In this document: one piece after another, positions 8,821 to 16,480 of the stretch
Numbering within the stretch: position 1 is the stretch's first letter
How the letters are laid out: every line of letters starts with the position of its first letter
Assembly: GCA_025965735.1 (NCBI GenBank)
Contig: JAOPWK010000076.1
Location: 1 to 34,950 of the forward strand
Length of the DNA stretch: 34,950 bases
Reading direction: 5' to 3'
Source: Frankiales bacterium
GTDB lineage: Bacteria; Actinomycetota; Actinomycetes; Mycobacteriales; SCTD01
Translations under genes and position numbers: made by a program
The notes under the pieces: model-generated
The model's input: the letters and a program-made list of their open reading frames with translations, nothing else
Database searches by the model: none
What the model was told of the DNA's origin: nothing

Positions 8821-9487
8821 AGCGACCGTCCGTCGACGTGCGCCGCGCGGTCGTGGCGCGGAGCTGCGCGGCGACGTGCTGCGCGCGGCGATGGAGCTGC
8901 TCACCGAGACCGGCGACGAGTCGGCCGTGTCCGTGCGCGCCGTGGCGCAGCGGGTCGGGGTCAGCGTGCCGAGCATCTACCTGCACTTCGCGGACAAGCG
9001 CGCGCTCATCGACGCCGTCTGCGGAGAGGTCTTCGAGGCGCTGCACCAGCGGCTGCGCGCCGCAGCCGAGCAGGCCGAGGACCCCTTCGCGGCGCTCCGG
9101 GCGCAGGGCAACGCGTACGTCCACTTCGCGCTGGAGAACCCCGAGCACTACCGCGTCGTGATGATGCAGGCGCACGAGCCGGCGCAGGAGTCCGTCGACA
9201 GCGTCGTGGCGAGCGGCGCGTTCGCCTACCTGGTGAGCACGGTGCAGGAGTGCGTCGACATCGGCGTGCTGGAGGGCGAGGCGGTGGAGCTGGCCCTTGG
9301 GCTCTGGGCCGCGGCGCACGGCGTGGCCGCGCTGCTGGTCGCCAAGCCGTACTTCCCGTGGCCGGAGGTCGACGCCTTCGTCGACCGGACCATCTGCATG
9401 GCCGGCCTGGGTCTGGCCGCCGCCGCGCGAGTGGACAGCTCGGCTCCGCTCGGCGACCTGCAGGAGCGGCTCGACCGGCTGCGCTGA
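8783..9487 (+). CDS. TetR/AcrR-family transcriptional regulator
   Basis: LRGDVLRAAMELLTETGDESAVSVRAVAQRVGVSVPSIYLHFADKRALIDAV is a TetR HTH. The start is either ATG 8783 or GTG 8813; the latter overlaps the MMPL2 stop as GTGTCTGA. Either way it overlaps the MMPL2 3' end, suggesting translational coupling. Confidence 0.85.
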   Translation: MWSCPLAYPPVSEATVRRRAPRGRGAELRGDVLRAAMELLTETGDESAVSVRAVAQRVGVSVPSIYLHFADKRALIDAVCGEVFEALHQRLRAAAEQAEDPFAALRAQGNAYVHFALENPEHYRVVMMQAHEPAQESVDSVVASGAFAYLVSTVQECVDIGVLEGEAVELALGLWAAAHGVAALLVAKPYFPWPEVDAFVDRTICMAGLGLAAAARVDSSAPLGDLQERLDRLR

Positions 9488-9498
9488 TGCGTGTCGAG

Positions 9499-9945
9499 CT
9501 AGGAGGCGTGCACCCGCGCCGCCTTGGCCGCCTTCTTCTTCGCGCGGCGCGAGACGCGGCCGGCGGCGTGCGGGATCGACTCGCGGCCGCCGGTGTCGGC
9601 GGCGGCCAGCAGCAGGCCGCCGACCATGCTGAGGTTCTTGAGGAACAGCGTCCGCTGCTCGGCCTTGCCCTCGCCGGCCGACCAGAACGGGTGGCGCACG
9701 TAGGTGCTCGGCACCATGACCGCCGTCAGGGACAGCGCGGACAGCCGCGGCAGCCGGCCGGTCGCGAGCGCGAGCCCGCCGAGCAGCTGCGTGGCGGCAC
9801 TGACCTGGACGAGCTTCTCCGGATCGCTCAGCCCTGCGGCGCGAGCCGCAGCGACGCGCTCCCCCGGCGACTTCAGCCCGGAAGCACCGTCGACGACGTA
9901 GGTCGCGGCCAGCAGCGGGCGTGCCAGGCTTCGGATCGGGCTCAC
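9499..9945 (-). CDS. DoxX-family membrane protein
   Basis: 148 aa with several TM segments, PLLAATYVVDGASGL...QLLGGLALATGRLPRLSALSLTAVMVPST..., and a basic C-terminal tail. Confidence 0.7.
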   Translation of the reverse strand: MSPIRSLARPLLAATYVVDGASGLKSPGERVAAARAAGLSDPEKLVQVSAATQLLGGLALATGRLPRLSALSLTAVMVPSTYVRHPFWSAGEGKAEQRTLFLKNLSMVGGLLLAAADTGGRESIPHAAGRVSRRAKKKAAKAARVHAS

Positions 9946-10010
9946 GTCGTCCTCCTCGTGGGTCGTGCGCAGGTACGGGCGTGCGTACCCCGCAGCGCCG
10001 CCCGCACCCT

Positions 10011-10883
10011 CTAGGAGGGAGTGGGTGCCGGCGTGGCTGCGGGCTGGCTCGGCCGAGCCGGAGCGGTCGGCTGGGGCAGCGCCTTGCGCAGGGCTGCGAG
10101 CAGCGGTGCGCCGTCGCGCTGATCGGCGCCAGGCGGTCCCTTGACCGCGACGGGGATGCCGAAGTCGAAGAGCTCCAGCGTCGTCGTGACGGTGAGCACC
10201 TGGCCGTCCGTCGGCACCTCGATGGTCTGCGTCAGGCGGCGGAGCCGGCCCTCGTCGTCGAGGAAGACGTCGTACGGCGCGCTCGTGACGCCGGTGGCGG
10301 CCGGCCCGAGCGCGCTGCGCAGCGCAGCCTGCTGCACGCCCTGGGCCCGTCGCAGCGCGCGGGCCACGTCGTAGGTGCCGCGGTAGTGGGTGGTCGCCTC
10401 CCCGCGCACCTCCTCCACACCGACGACCTCGGCCTCGGCGACGGCGGCCAGCGTGTGCAGCTGCGCCGTTGGGTCGACCATCCCGCCGACCGGGGACGCG
10501 GCGGCGTCCATGACCTTCAGCCTGAAGAAGATGGTCGGCTGCTGCGGCAGGTTGAGGTAGAGCGCGTCGCCCAGCAGGCGCTGCTGGACCTTCCCGACCG
10601 GAGTGTCGTAGGTGGTCTCACCGACGTCCTTGGACCAGTCGTAGACGCCCTCGCCGGCGAACACCACCTCCGCACCGTTGACGGTCGTGGCGGTGGTGAG
10701 CGTGTAGCGCGAGGTTCCCTGCGCATCGGTCTTGGCGGCGGCCGCCGCGATGACGCTGCTCGCCGGCGGGCCGGTCGGCGACGGCGCGGCGAGGGGCTCC
10801 TTCGTCCCGCTCGAGCAGCCTGCGAGGAGCGCGGCAGCAGCAGCCACGGCCACGAGGGCGGACGAGCGGCGGTGCAGGCGCAT
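10011..10883 (-). CDS. Secreted lipoprotein of unknown function; a LolA/LppX-like fold is possible
   Basis: MRLHRRSSALVAVAAAAALLAGCSS is a signal peptide plus lipobox (LAGC). Beta-rich body with an Ala/Pro-rich C-terminal tail. Confidence 0.7.
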   Translation of the reverse strand: MRLHRRSSALVAVAAAAALLAGCSSGTKEPLAAPSPTGPPASSVIAAAAAKTDAQGTSRYTLTTATTVNGAEVVFAGEGVYDWSKDVGETTYDTPVGKVQQRLLGDALYLNLPQQPTIFFRLKVMDAAASPVGGMVDPTAQLHTLAAVAEAEVVGVEEVRGEATTHYRGTYDVARALRRAQGVQQAALRSALGPAATGVTSAPYDVFLDDEGRLRRLTQTIEVPTDGQVLTVTTTLELFDFGIPVAVKGPPGADQRDGAPLLAALRKALPQPTAPARPSQPAATPAPTPS

Positions 10884-10900
10884 GCGGGCGGGACTCCGGC

Positions 10901-11261
10901 TCAGGTGCGGTGCGGGCGCTCCATTGTCCCACCGCTGCCCGTGAGCGCGATACGTCGAGCCTCGGCCGCCTGCAGCAGCGCTTCCCGGCGCAGCACCTCC
11001 GCGTCATGGCGCCACCAGACCAGCTGCTCCGCGGTACGTCGCCGGTGGCAGTTGGCGCAGCGGACGCTGCACTTCGCGACCTGGCCGCGATGCGTCCCAG
11101 GCGATGTTCATCGCGGCGAGCCGCGCCACGTCCGCGGCCCACGCGCGGTCGCGCCAGCACTCGCGGCAGCGGGCCTGCAGCCCGTCGCGGGCGGCGCGGC
11201 TGACCGCGAACGCCGACAGCGGCCTGCTCATAAGGCAGGTGCTGCAGCGCTTTTCAGGCAC
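10901..11261 (-). pseudogene. Decayed HNH-type (CxxC...CANCH) endonuclease-like gene, frameshifted and probably internally deleted
   Basis: Frame A reads VPEKRCSTCLMSRPLSAFAVSRAARDGLQARCRECWRDRAW... and stops at 11004. The next frame, from about 11105, reads HRGQVAKCSVRCANCHRRRTAEQLVWWRH...* with stop at 10901 and no start codon. The two halves only make sense as one gene. Confidence 0.5.
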
Positions 11262-11290
11262 GTGCCCAGGCTGACAGCGACCTCTGACAG

Positions 11291-11363
11291 TGGGCCGCCC
11301 GAGGATCGAACTCGGAACCCGCAACTTAAAAGGATGCTGCTCTGCCAGTTGAGCTAGCGGCCC
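11291..11363 (-). tRNA. tRNA-Lys (anticodon UUU)
   Basis: Hand-folded cloverleaf: GGGCCGC TA GCTC AACTGGCA GAGC A GCATC CTTTTAA GTTGC GGGTT CCGAG TTCGATC CTCGG GCGGCCC A. 73 nt, one U-U mismatch in the anticodon stem, CCA not encoded. Confidence 0.85.
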
Positions 11364-11388
11364 TGACGCCAGCGTAGGTCCGCAGCGG

Positions 11389-12177
11389 TCACCGCGTCCC
11401 CTTCGCCGGCCCGACCTCGATCCGGAAGCTCGTCCGGTCCGCCCGGTACCAGGCGGTGAAGTGCTCGAACGGCTGGCCGGTGGCGTCCACGTTCAGCGAC
11501 GTGAGCAGCAGCAGCGGCGACCCCGCCCGCACGTCCAGCAGCGAGGCGGTGCCACGGTCAGCAGCGGTCGCCTCGACGGTCCGCCACCCGGTGCGCGGCT
11601 CGACCGCGAACCGCCGCTGCAGCACCTCGTAGAGGCTGCTGCTCGACAGGTCCTCGTCCGCGAGCGCGGCGAAGCGCGGCAGTGGCAGCAAGGTCCTGGC
11701 CAGGCAGATCGGCTCGCCCTCCACCTTGCGGAGCCGGTCGAGCTGCAGGACCTGGCTGCCGGTCGGGATGCCCAGCAGCGCAGCCTCCTCGGCGGGCGCG
11801 ACTGTCGTCTCGAGCAGCAGCACGTCGGTGGAGACGGCCTGCCCCTGCTCGTCCATCTCGTCGAAGAAGCCGCGCACCTCCTGCACGACGAACTCCGAGC
11901 GACGTGGCCCCCGCACGAAGGATCCGCGCCCCTTCTCCTTGCGCACCAGACCTTCTGCCGACAGCTCGGCCAGCGCCTGTCGGACGGCGGTGCGGGACAG
12001 GCCGAAGAAGTCGCCGATGACGTGCTCCGACGGCAGCGGCCGGCCGGGGATCCACTCGCCGCTGACGATCGCCTCGCGGAACAGGTCGGCGAGCTGCGCG
12101 TAGTACGGGACGGCGCCGTTCTTGCGGATCGCCGTCCGTGGCAGCTCAGCGGTCGATGTCTCAGACACGGCTGACAT
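11389..12177 (-). CDS. GntR-family (HutC subfamily, UTRA effector domain) transcriptional regulator
   Basis: From ATG 12177: MSAVSETS...AVPYYAQLADLFREAIVSGEWIPGRPLPSEHVIGDFFGLSRTAVRQALAELSAEGLVRKEKGRGSFV is a GntR wHTH, followed by a UTRA-like C-terminus. The track ORF (to 12558) is over-extended through the divergent gene. Confidence 0.88.
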   Translation of the reverse strand: MSAVSETSTAELPRTAIRKNGAVPYYAQLADLFREAIVSGEWIPGRPLPSEHVIGDFFGLSRTAVRQALAELSAEGLVRKEKGRGSFVRGPRRSEFVVQEVRGFFDEMDEQGQAVSTDVLLLETTVAPAEEAALLGIPTGSQVLQLDRLRKVEGEPICLARTLLPLPRFAALADEDLSSSSLYEVLQRRFAVEPRTGWRTVEATAADRGTASLLDVRAGSPLLLLTSLNVDATGQPFEHFTAWYRADRTSFRIEVGPAKGTR

Positions 12178-12191
12178 CCTGTCATGACAGG
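12178..12191. promoter_or_regulatory. Perfect 14-bp palindrome, candidate GntR/HutC operator
   Basis: CCTGTCATGACAGG is its own reverse complement. It lies immediately next to the GntR start codon in the 61-nt divergent intergenic region and resembles HutC-type GT-N-TA-N-AC cores. Confidence 0.55.
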
Positions 12192-12238
12192 TGCCGCCTG
12201 AACGGCGCGCACAGCTGCTCCCGGCTAGCGTCCGGCAG

Positions 12239-13285
12239 GTGCACGTCCTCGTCACCGGCGGCGCCGGCTTCATCGGCTCGCACGTCGTCTCCGCGCTGCT
12301 CGACGCCGGACACGAGGTGCGCGTGCTCGACGCGCTGCTGCCCGAGGTGCACGGCAGCGGCTGGCCCAGCAGCCTGGACGAGCGGGCCCAGCGGGTGCAC
12401 GCGGACGTCCGCAGCCCGGATGCCGTCGAGCAAGCATTGGACGGCATCAACGCCGTCTGCCACCAGGCCGCGATGGTCGGCCTCGGCGTCGACCTGCAGG
12501 ACCTGCCGCTGTACGTCGGCCACAACGACCTCGGGACGGCAGTGCTGCTCGCCGCCATGGAGCGCGCCGGGATCGGCCGCCTGGTGCTGGCCAGCTCGAT
12601 GGTCGTCTACGGCGAGGGCCGCTACACCTGCACCGAGCACGGCCTCGTCCGCCCGGGTCCGCGGGACGAGAAGAGGCTGCGGGCAGGCGGTTTCGAGCCG
12701 CCGTGCCCCGTCTGCGACCGCCCGCTCGACCCCGGAACCGTGCCGGAGGACGCACCGCTGGACCCGCGCAACGTCTACGCGGCGAGCAAGACCGCGCAGG
12801 AGCACCTCGCCTCCAGCTGGGCCCGCGCGAGCGGGGGCACGGCCGTCGCGCTGAGGTACCACAACGTCTACGGCCCCCACATGCCCAAGGACACCCCGTA
12901 CGCGGGCGTGGCCAGCCTGTTCCGCAGCGCGCTGCAGCGGGGCGAGGCGCCGCGGGTCTTCGAGGACGGCGGTCAGCGGCGGGACTTCGTGCACGTGCGG
13001 GACGTCGCGCAGGCCAACCTGCTCGCGCACAGCGCCGGCACCCCGGGGACGCTCACGGCGTACAACGTGGCCAGCGGGACCCCGCACACCGTCGGCGACC
13101 TGGCCCGTGAGCTGGCCGCCGCGTGCCACGGCCCGGAGCCGGTCGTCACCGGTCAGTACCGCCTCGGCGACGTGCGGCACGTGGTGGCCAGTGCGGAGCG
13201 GGCGCGCGACGAGCTCGGCTTCACCGCGCAGATCAGCTTCCAGGACGGCGTCCGCGAGTTCGCCACCGCGCCACTGCGAGGCTGA
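12239..13285 (+). CDS. NAD-dependent epimerase/dehydratase (SDR family) with a Cys/His-rich insertion
   Basis: VHVLVTGGAGFIGSHVVSALLDAGHEVRVLD is a Rossmann GxxGxxG motif, and YAASKTAQE is the YxxxK catalytic motif. Insertion: YTCTEHGLVRPGPRDEKRLRAGGFEPPCPVCDRPL. GTG 12239 is preferred over ATG 12191. Confidence 0.85.
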   Translation: MHVLVTGGAGFIGSHVVSALLDAGHEVRVLDALLPEVHGSGWPSSLDERAQRVHADVRSPDAVEQALDGINAVCHQAAMVGLGVDLQDLPLYVGHNDLGTAVLLAAMERAGIGRLVLASSMVVYGEGRYTCTEHGLVRPGPRDEKRLRAGGFEPPCPVCDRPLDPGTVPEDAPLDPRNVYAASKTAQEHLASSWARASGGTAVALRYHNVYGPHMPKDTPYAGVASLFRSALQRGEAPRVFEDGGQRRDFVHVRDVAQANLLAHSAGTPGTLTAYNVASGTPHTVGDLARELAAACHGPEPVVTGQYRLGDVRHVVASAERARDELGFTAQISFQDGVREFATAPLRG

Positions 13286-13289
13286 GCGG

Positions 13290-13949
13290 GTGCCCGACGT
13301 CGTGCTGCCCTGCCTGGACGAGGCGGCCGCCCTGCCCTGGGTGCTCACGCGGATGCCGGAGGGCTACCGGCCGATCGTCGCCGACAACGACTCCACCGAC
13401 GGGTCCGCGCAGGTGGCCGAGCAGCACGGCGCGCGGGTCGTGCAGGCACGTCCTCGCGGCTTCGGCGCCGCCTGCCACGCCGGGCTGGCCGCTGCCGACC
13501 ACGAGGACGGCATCGTCTGCTTCCTCGACGCCGACGGCTCCTTCGACCCGCACCAGCTGCCCCGCGTCGTCGGACCGATCGCCGACGGCTCGGCCGACCT
13601 GGTGCTGGGGCGCCGCCGCACGGCGAGCTACAAGGACTGGCCGCTGCACGCCCGGCTCGGCAACCGGGAGGTCGCGCGTCAGCTCGGCCGGCGCACCGGG
13701 CTGCGCATCCACGACATCGGCCCCATGCGCGCCTGCCGCCGGGAGGCGCTGCGCGAGCTCGGCCTGCAGGACCGCCGCTTCGGCTACCCGCTGGAGATGG
13801 TGACGCGGGCTGTCGCGGCCGGCTGGCGCGTGGTGGAGGTCGACGTCGACTACCTCCCCCGTACCGGGAAGTCGAAAGTGACGGGAACGGTCGGCGGCAC
13901 GCTGAAGGCGGTGCGGGACATGTCGCGCGTGCTGCGGGCCATCGAGTGA
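13290..13949 (+). CDS. Family 2 glycosyltransferase (small, ~219 aa)
   Basis: VPDVVLPCLDEAAALPWVL...IVADNDSTDGSAQVAEQHGARVV...FLDADGSFDP carries the GT2 DxD signature. GTG 13290 lies 4 nt after the epimerase stop. The track ORF from 13107 is over-extended. Confidence 0.85.
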   Translation: MPDVVLPCLDEAAALPWVLTRMPEGYRPIVADNDSTDGSAQVAEQHGARVVQARPRGFGAACHAGLAAADHEDGIVCFLDADGSFDPHQLPRVVGPIADGSADLVLGRRRTASYKDWPLHARLGNREVARQLGRRTGLRIHDIGPMRACRREALRELGLQDRRFGYPLEMVTRAVAAGWRVVEVDVDYLPRTGKSKVTGTVGGTLKAVRDMSRVLRAIE

Positions 13950-14560
13950 CGGTGCAGCTGCTCGTGCTGGCCAAGCAGCCGGTGGCGGGGAGGGTCAAGA
14001 CCCGCCTGTGCCCGCCGCTGACGCCGGAGCAGGCCGCACAGGTCGCCGCCGCGGCGCTCGAGGACACGCTGGAGGTCCTCCGCCAGGTGCCGGCCTCCCG
14101 CCGGATCCTCGTCCTCGACGGCACGTACGAGGCAGCCGGCTTCGAGGTGCAGCCGCAGCGTGGCGGGCCGATGCCGGAACGGCTCGCGGCGGCGTTCGAC
14201 GACGTCGATCCGGCGCAGCCCGCGCTGCTCGTCGGGATGGACACCCCGCAGCTGACCGTGGCCCTGCTGCGCGAGGCGCTGGACCGGCTGGGCGAGCACG
14301 ACGCGGTCCTCGGCCTCGCGCCGGACGGCGGCTGGTGGGCGCTGGGCCTTCAGAGGCCGGACGGCGCCCTGCTGCGCGACGTGCCGACCAGCCAGGACGA
14401 CACCGGTGCGCTCCAGCTGGCCGCGTTGTGCGCCGGCGGCCGGTCGCCCCACCTGCTGCCGGAGCTGCGCGACGTCGACACCGCGGACGACGCCCGCGCG
14501 GTGGCGGCGCTGGCGCCGTACGGCCGGTTCGGTCGGCTGGTGGGCGAACTGCTGGGCTAG
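13946..14560 (+). CDS. DUF2064-family (nucleotidyl/glycosyl-transferase-like) protein
   Basis: (V)TVQLLVLAKQPVAGRVKTRLCPPLTPEQAAQVAAAALEDTL...GMDTPQL...LGLAPDGGWWALGL matches the DUF2064 pattern. The GTG start overlaps the GT2 stop (GTGA). Confidence 0.8.
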   Translation: MTVQLLVLAKQPVAGRVKTRLCPPLTPEQAAQVAAAALEDTLEVLRQVPASRRILVLDGTYEAAGFEVQPQRGGPMPERLAAAFDDVDPAQPALLVGMDTPQLTVALLREALDRLGEHDAVLGLAPDGGWWALGLQRPDGALLRDVPTSQDDTGALQLAALCAGGRSPHLLPELRDVDTADDARAVAALAPYGRFGRLVGELLG

Positions 14561-14651
14561 TCCGTCGGCGGGTCCGCTATGCTCCTACGGTCCCCGACGG
14601 CACGACGGCGGCGGTCCTGGCCCCTCCGGCAGCCATCCGGTGAGGCACTCG

Positions 14652-14724
14652 GTCCCCATCGTCTAGCGGCCCAGGACTCCACCCTTTCAAGGTGGCTACG
14701 CGGGTTCGAATCCCGTTGGGGGCA
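14652..14724 (+). tRNA. tRNA-Glu (anticodon UUC)
   Basis: GTCCCCA TC GTCT AGCGGCCCA GGAC T CCACC CTTTCAA GGTGG CTAC GCGGG TTCGAAT CCCGT TGGGGGC A; 73 nt. Confidence 0.9.
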
Positions 14725-14778
14725 CGGCAGTCCAGTACGGCACGGCACGGCACAGCACAAAGGCCCGGTTCCACACCA

Positions 14779-14852
14779 GGCCCCGTAGCGCAGTTGGTTA
14801 GCGCGCCGCCCTGTCACGGCGGAGGTCGCGGGTTCGAGTCCCGTCGGGGTCG
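14779..14852 (+). tRNA. tRNA-Asp (anticodon GUC)
   Basis: GGCCCCG TA GCGC AGTTGGTTA GCGC G CCGCC CTGTCAC GGCGG AGGTC GCGGG TTCGAGT CCCGT CGGGGTC G; 74 nt. Confidence 0.92.
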
Positions 14853-14865
14853 CAGCACCACACCT

Positions 14866-14938
14866 GGTCAGGTAGCTCAGCTGGTAGAGCACACGCCTGA
14901 AAAGCGTGGGGTCGGCGGTTCGACCCCGCCCCTGACCA
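14866..14938 (+). tRNA. tRNA-Phe (anticodon GAA)
   Basis: GGTCAGG TA GCTC AGCTGGTA GAGC A CACGC CTGAAAA GCGTG GGGTC GGCGG TTCGACC CCGCC CCTGACC A; 73 nt. Confidence 0.92.
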
Positions 14939-14980
14939 CCCCTCATCCCCGCCAGCGGTCGCCGGCCATGGAGGTGCTCC

Positions 14981-15580
14981 GTGAGCAGCCCTCTCGACGC
15001 GGTCGTCCCGCTCGCCGGCGCTGTGCCCGGCGTGGCCTCGGCCACCGCGGAGGCACCGCACGCCGTGCGCGTCCGGCTGCTGCCCGGTGCGGACGGCGCC
15101 GAGGTCGCGCTTGCCGTGGGTCGGCTGCTCGCCGGCACGGCAGCCGGCGCGGAGCGTCATGTCCTGACCGTCCCGCAGCAGCACCGCCCCGGCCGGGCCC
15201 GGATCGACCGGCTGGACCTGCACACCGACGGTGCGTCCTTCAGCGTCGGCATCGCGCTGTCGTGCGCCGGGCGCAGCGCGACCGCCAGCGCGCGCAGCGG
15301 TACGACGGGCGCGGGGACCCGCCGAGCCGTCGCCGACGCCACGCTCCAGGCGGTCACCGGGCTGCTCGCCCACCCGGTGCACCTCGAGGTCGACCACGTC
15401 GAGCGCAGCGACGCCGGCGCGGCCCCCGTCGTCCTGGTGCAGGTCAGCCTCGTGAGCGGCGAGGGCGTGCAGCGGCTGGCCGGCTCGGCCGTGGTGCAGG
15501 ACGGCGAGGGCGACGCCGTCGTCCGCGCGACCCTGGACGCCGTGAACCGGCGCGTGGAGGCTCTGCTCGCCCCGGCGTGA
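14981..15580 (+). CDS. Hypothetical protein, paralog A of the '...LDAVNRR' pair
   Basis: 199-aa ORF. The GTG start is preceded by GGAGG at 6-nt spacing. The C-terminal half aligns with the 20064-20717 product (RRAVADATLQAV / HRMAAEATLAAL; DAVVRATLDAVNRRV / DAVARAVLDAVNRRL). I recognise no known domain. Confidence 0.65.
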   Translation: MSSPLDAVVPLAGAVPGVASATAEAPHAVRVRLLPGADGAEVALAVGRLLAGTAAGAERHVLTVPQQHRPGRARIDRLDLHTDGASFSVGIALSCAGRSATASARSGTTGAGTRRAVADATLQAVTGLLAHPVHLEVDHVERSDAGAAPVVLVQVSLVSGEGVQRLAGSAVVQDGEGDAVVRATLDAVNRRVEALLAPA

Positions 15581-15640
15581 GCCCCGCGCAGGTGCTTGCT
15601 CGTGTGTACGGTGCCGCGCAACAGCGGAGCGAGGGACGAC

Positions 15641-16480
15641 ATGAGCCAGACGGCGCGTGCCGACAGGGCGGTCGAGGCCGCCCTGCCTGCTGTCGCGCCC
15701 TCGGGCCCGCAGCAGCTGCCGGAGACGCTGCACGCCCTGCTGCTGTCGGCCTGCCAGGCTGCTGGGCTGCTCACCCTGGAGCTCGAGGTGACCGGCTGCC
15801 CGGGGCTCGCCACCACCGTCCGGCGACCTGCGCAGGTGCCGGAGCTGGTGGTCTGGGCCTCGCACGTAGCGGCGTCCCGGTGGCACGGCGGCGTGGCCCT
15901 GCTCGCCTCCGCTCCCGACGCCGGGCCGGAGCGACGGGTGGTCGTGGAGCACGCCGCCAGGACGATCAGCGAACTCGTGGCCGCGGAGCTGCGCGCCACC
16001 CAGGCAGAGACGCTGGCCCAGCGCGCGCTCGAGCTGGCCGGCGTCGACGCGCTGACGCAGGTCGGCAACCGCCGGACCTGGGAGCGCGCGCTGGACGACG
16101 AGGCGCGGCGCGCACGGCGCTACCGGACGCCGACCGCGGTGTGCGTGCTCGACCTGGACGGCCTCAAGCGGATCAACGACGAGCACGGGCATGCCGCCGG
16201 CGACGCCTACCTCCGACGTGCCGCGCAGGCCGTGCGTGCGGTGGCCCGCAGCGTCGACGTCATCTGCCGGCTCGGCGGCGACGAGTTCGGGCTGCTGGCG
16301 CCGCAGACGGACGCGGACGGGGCCCACCGGCTGGCCGCACGGCTGCGGGAGGCGCTGGACGTGGGCGCGGTCTCCGCCAGCGTCGGCGTCGCCACCGCCG
16401 AGGACGGCGGGCTGGACGAGGCATGGCAGGCGGCCGACGCCGACATGTACGGCGACAAGCGGGCGCGCTCGGGCCGCTAG
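15641..16480 (+). CDS. Diguanylate cyclase (GGDEF) with an uncharacterised, possibly GAF-like, N-terminal region
   Basis: DALTQVGNRRTWERALDDE...VCVLDLDGLKRINDEHGHAAGDAYLRRAA...RSVDVICRLGGDEFGLL shows an intact GGDEF motif and an RxxD I-site 5 residues upstream. ATG 15641 has GGAGCGAGGGA upstream; an alternative ATG is at 15596. Confidence 0.85.
   Translation: MSQTARADRAVEAALPAVAPSGPQQLPETLHALLLSACQAAGLLTLELEVTGCPGLATTVRRPAQVPELVVWASHVAASRWHGGVALLASAPDAGPERRVVVEHAARTISELVAAELRATQAETLAQRALELAGVDALTQVGNRRTWERALDDEARRARRYRTPTAVCVLDLDGLKRINDEHGHAAGDAYLRRAAQAVRAVARSVDVICRLGGDEFGLLAPQTDADGAHRLAARLREALDVGAVSASVGVATAEDGGLDEAWQAADADMYGDKRARSGR

Noticed and set aside
6556-8976. 806-aa minus-strand ORF antisense to MMPL2
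   Set aside because: Low-complexity R/G/D/Q/H-rich translation with no motifs. The plus-strand frame has clear MMPL signatures.
11004-11324. 106-aa ORF taken at face value as an intact gene starting at 11324
   Set aside because: Its first 34 nt overlap the tRNA-Lys gene. The conserved Cys-rich C-terminal half continues in another frame. It was re-interpreted as a frameshifted remnant starting no earlier than GTG 11261.
14561-14651. Possible promoter (TATGCT -10) for the tRNA Glu-Asp-Phe cluster
   Set aside because: No acceptable -35 hexamer lies at 16-18 nt spacing, so the evidence is too weak to list as a feature.
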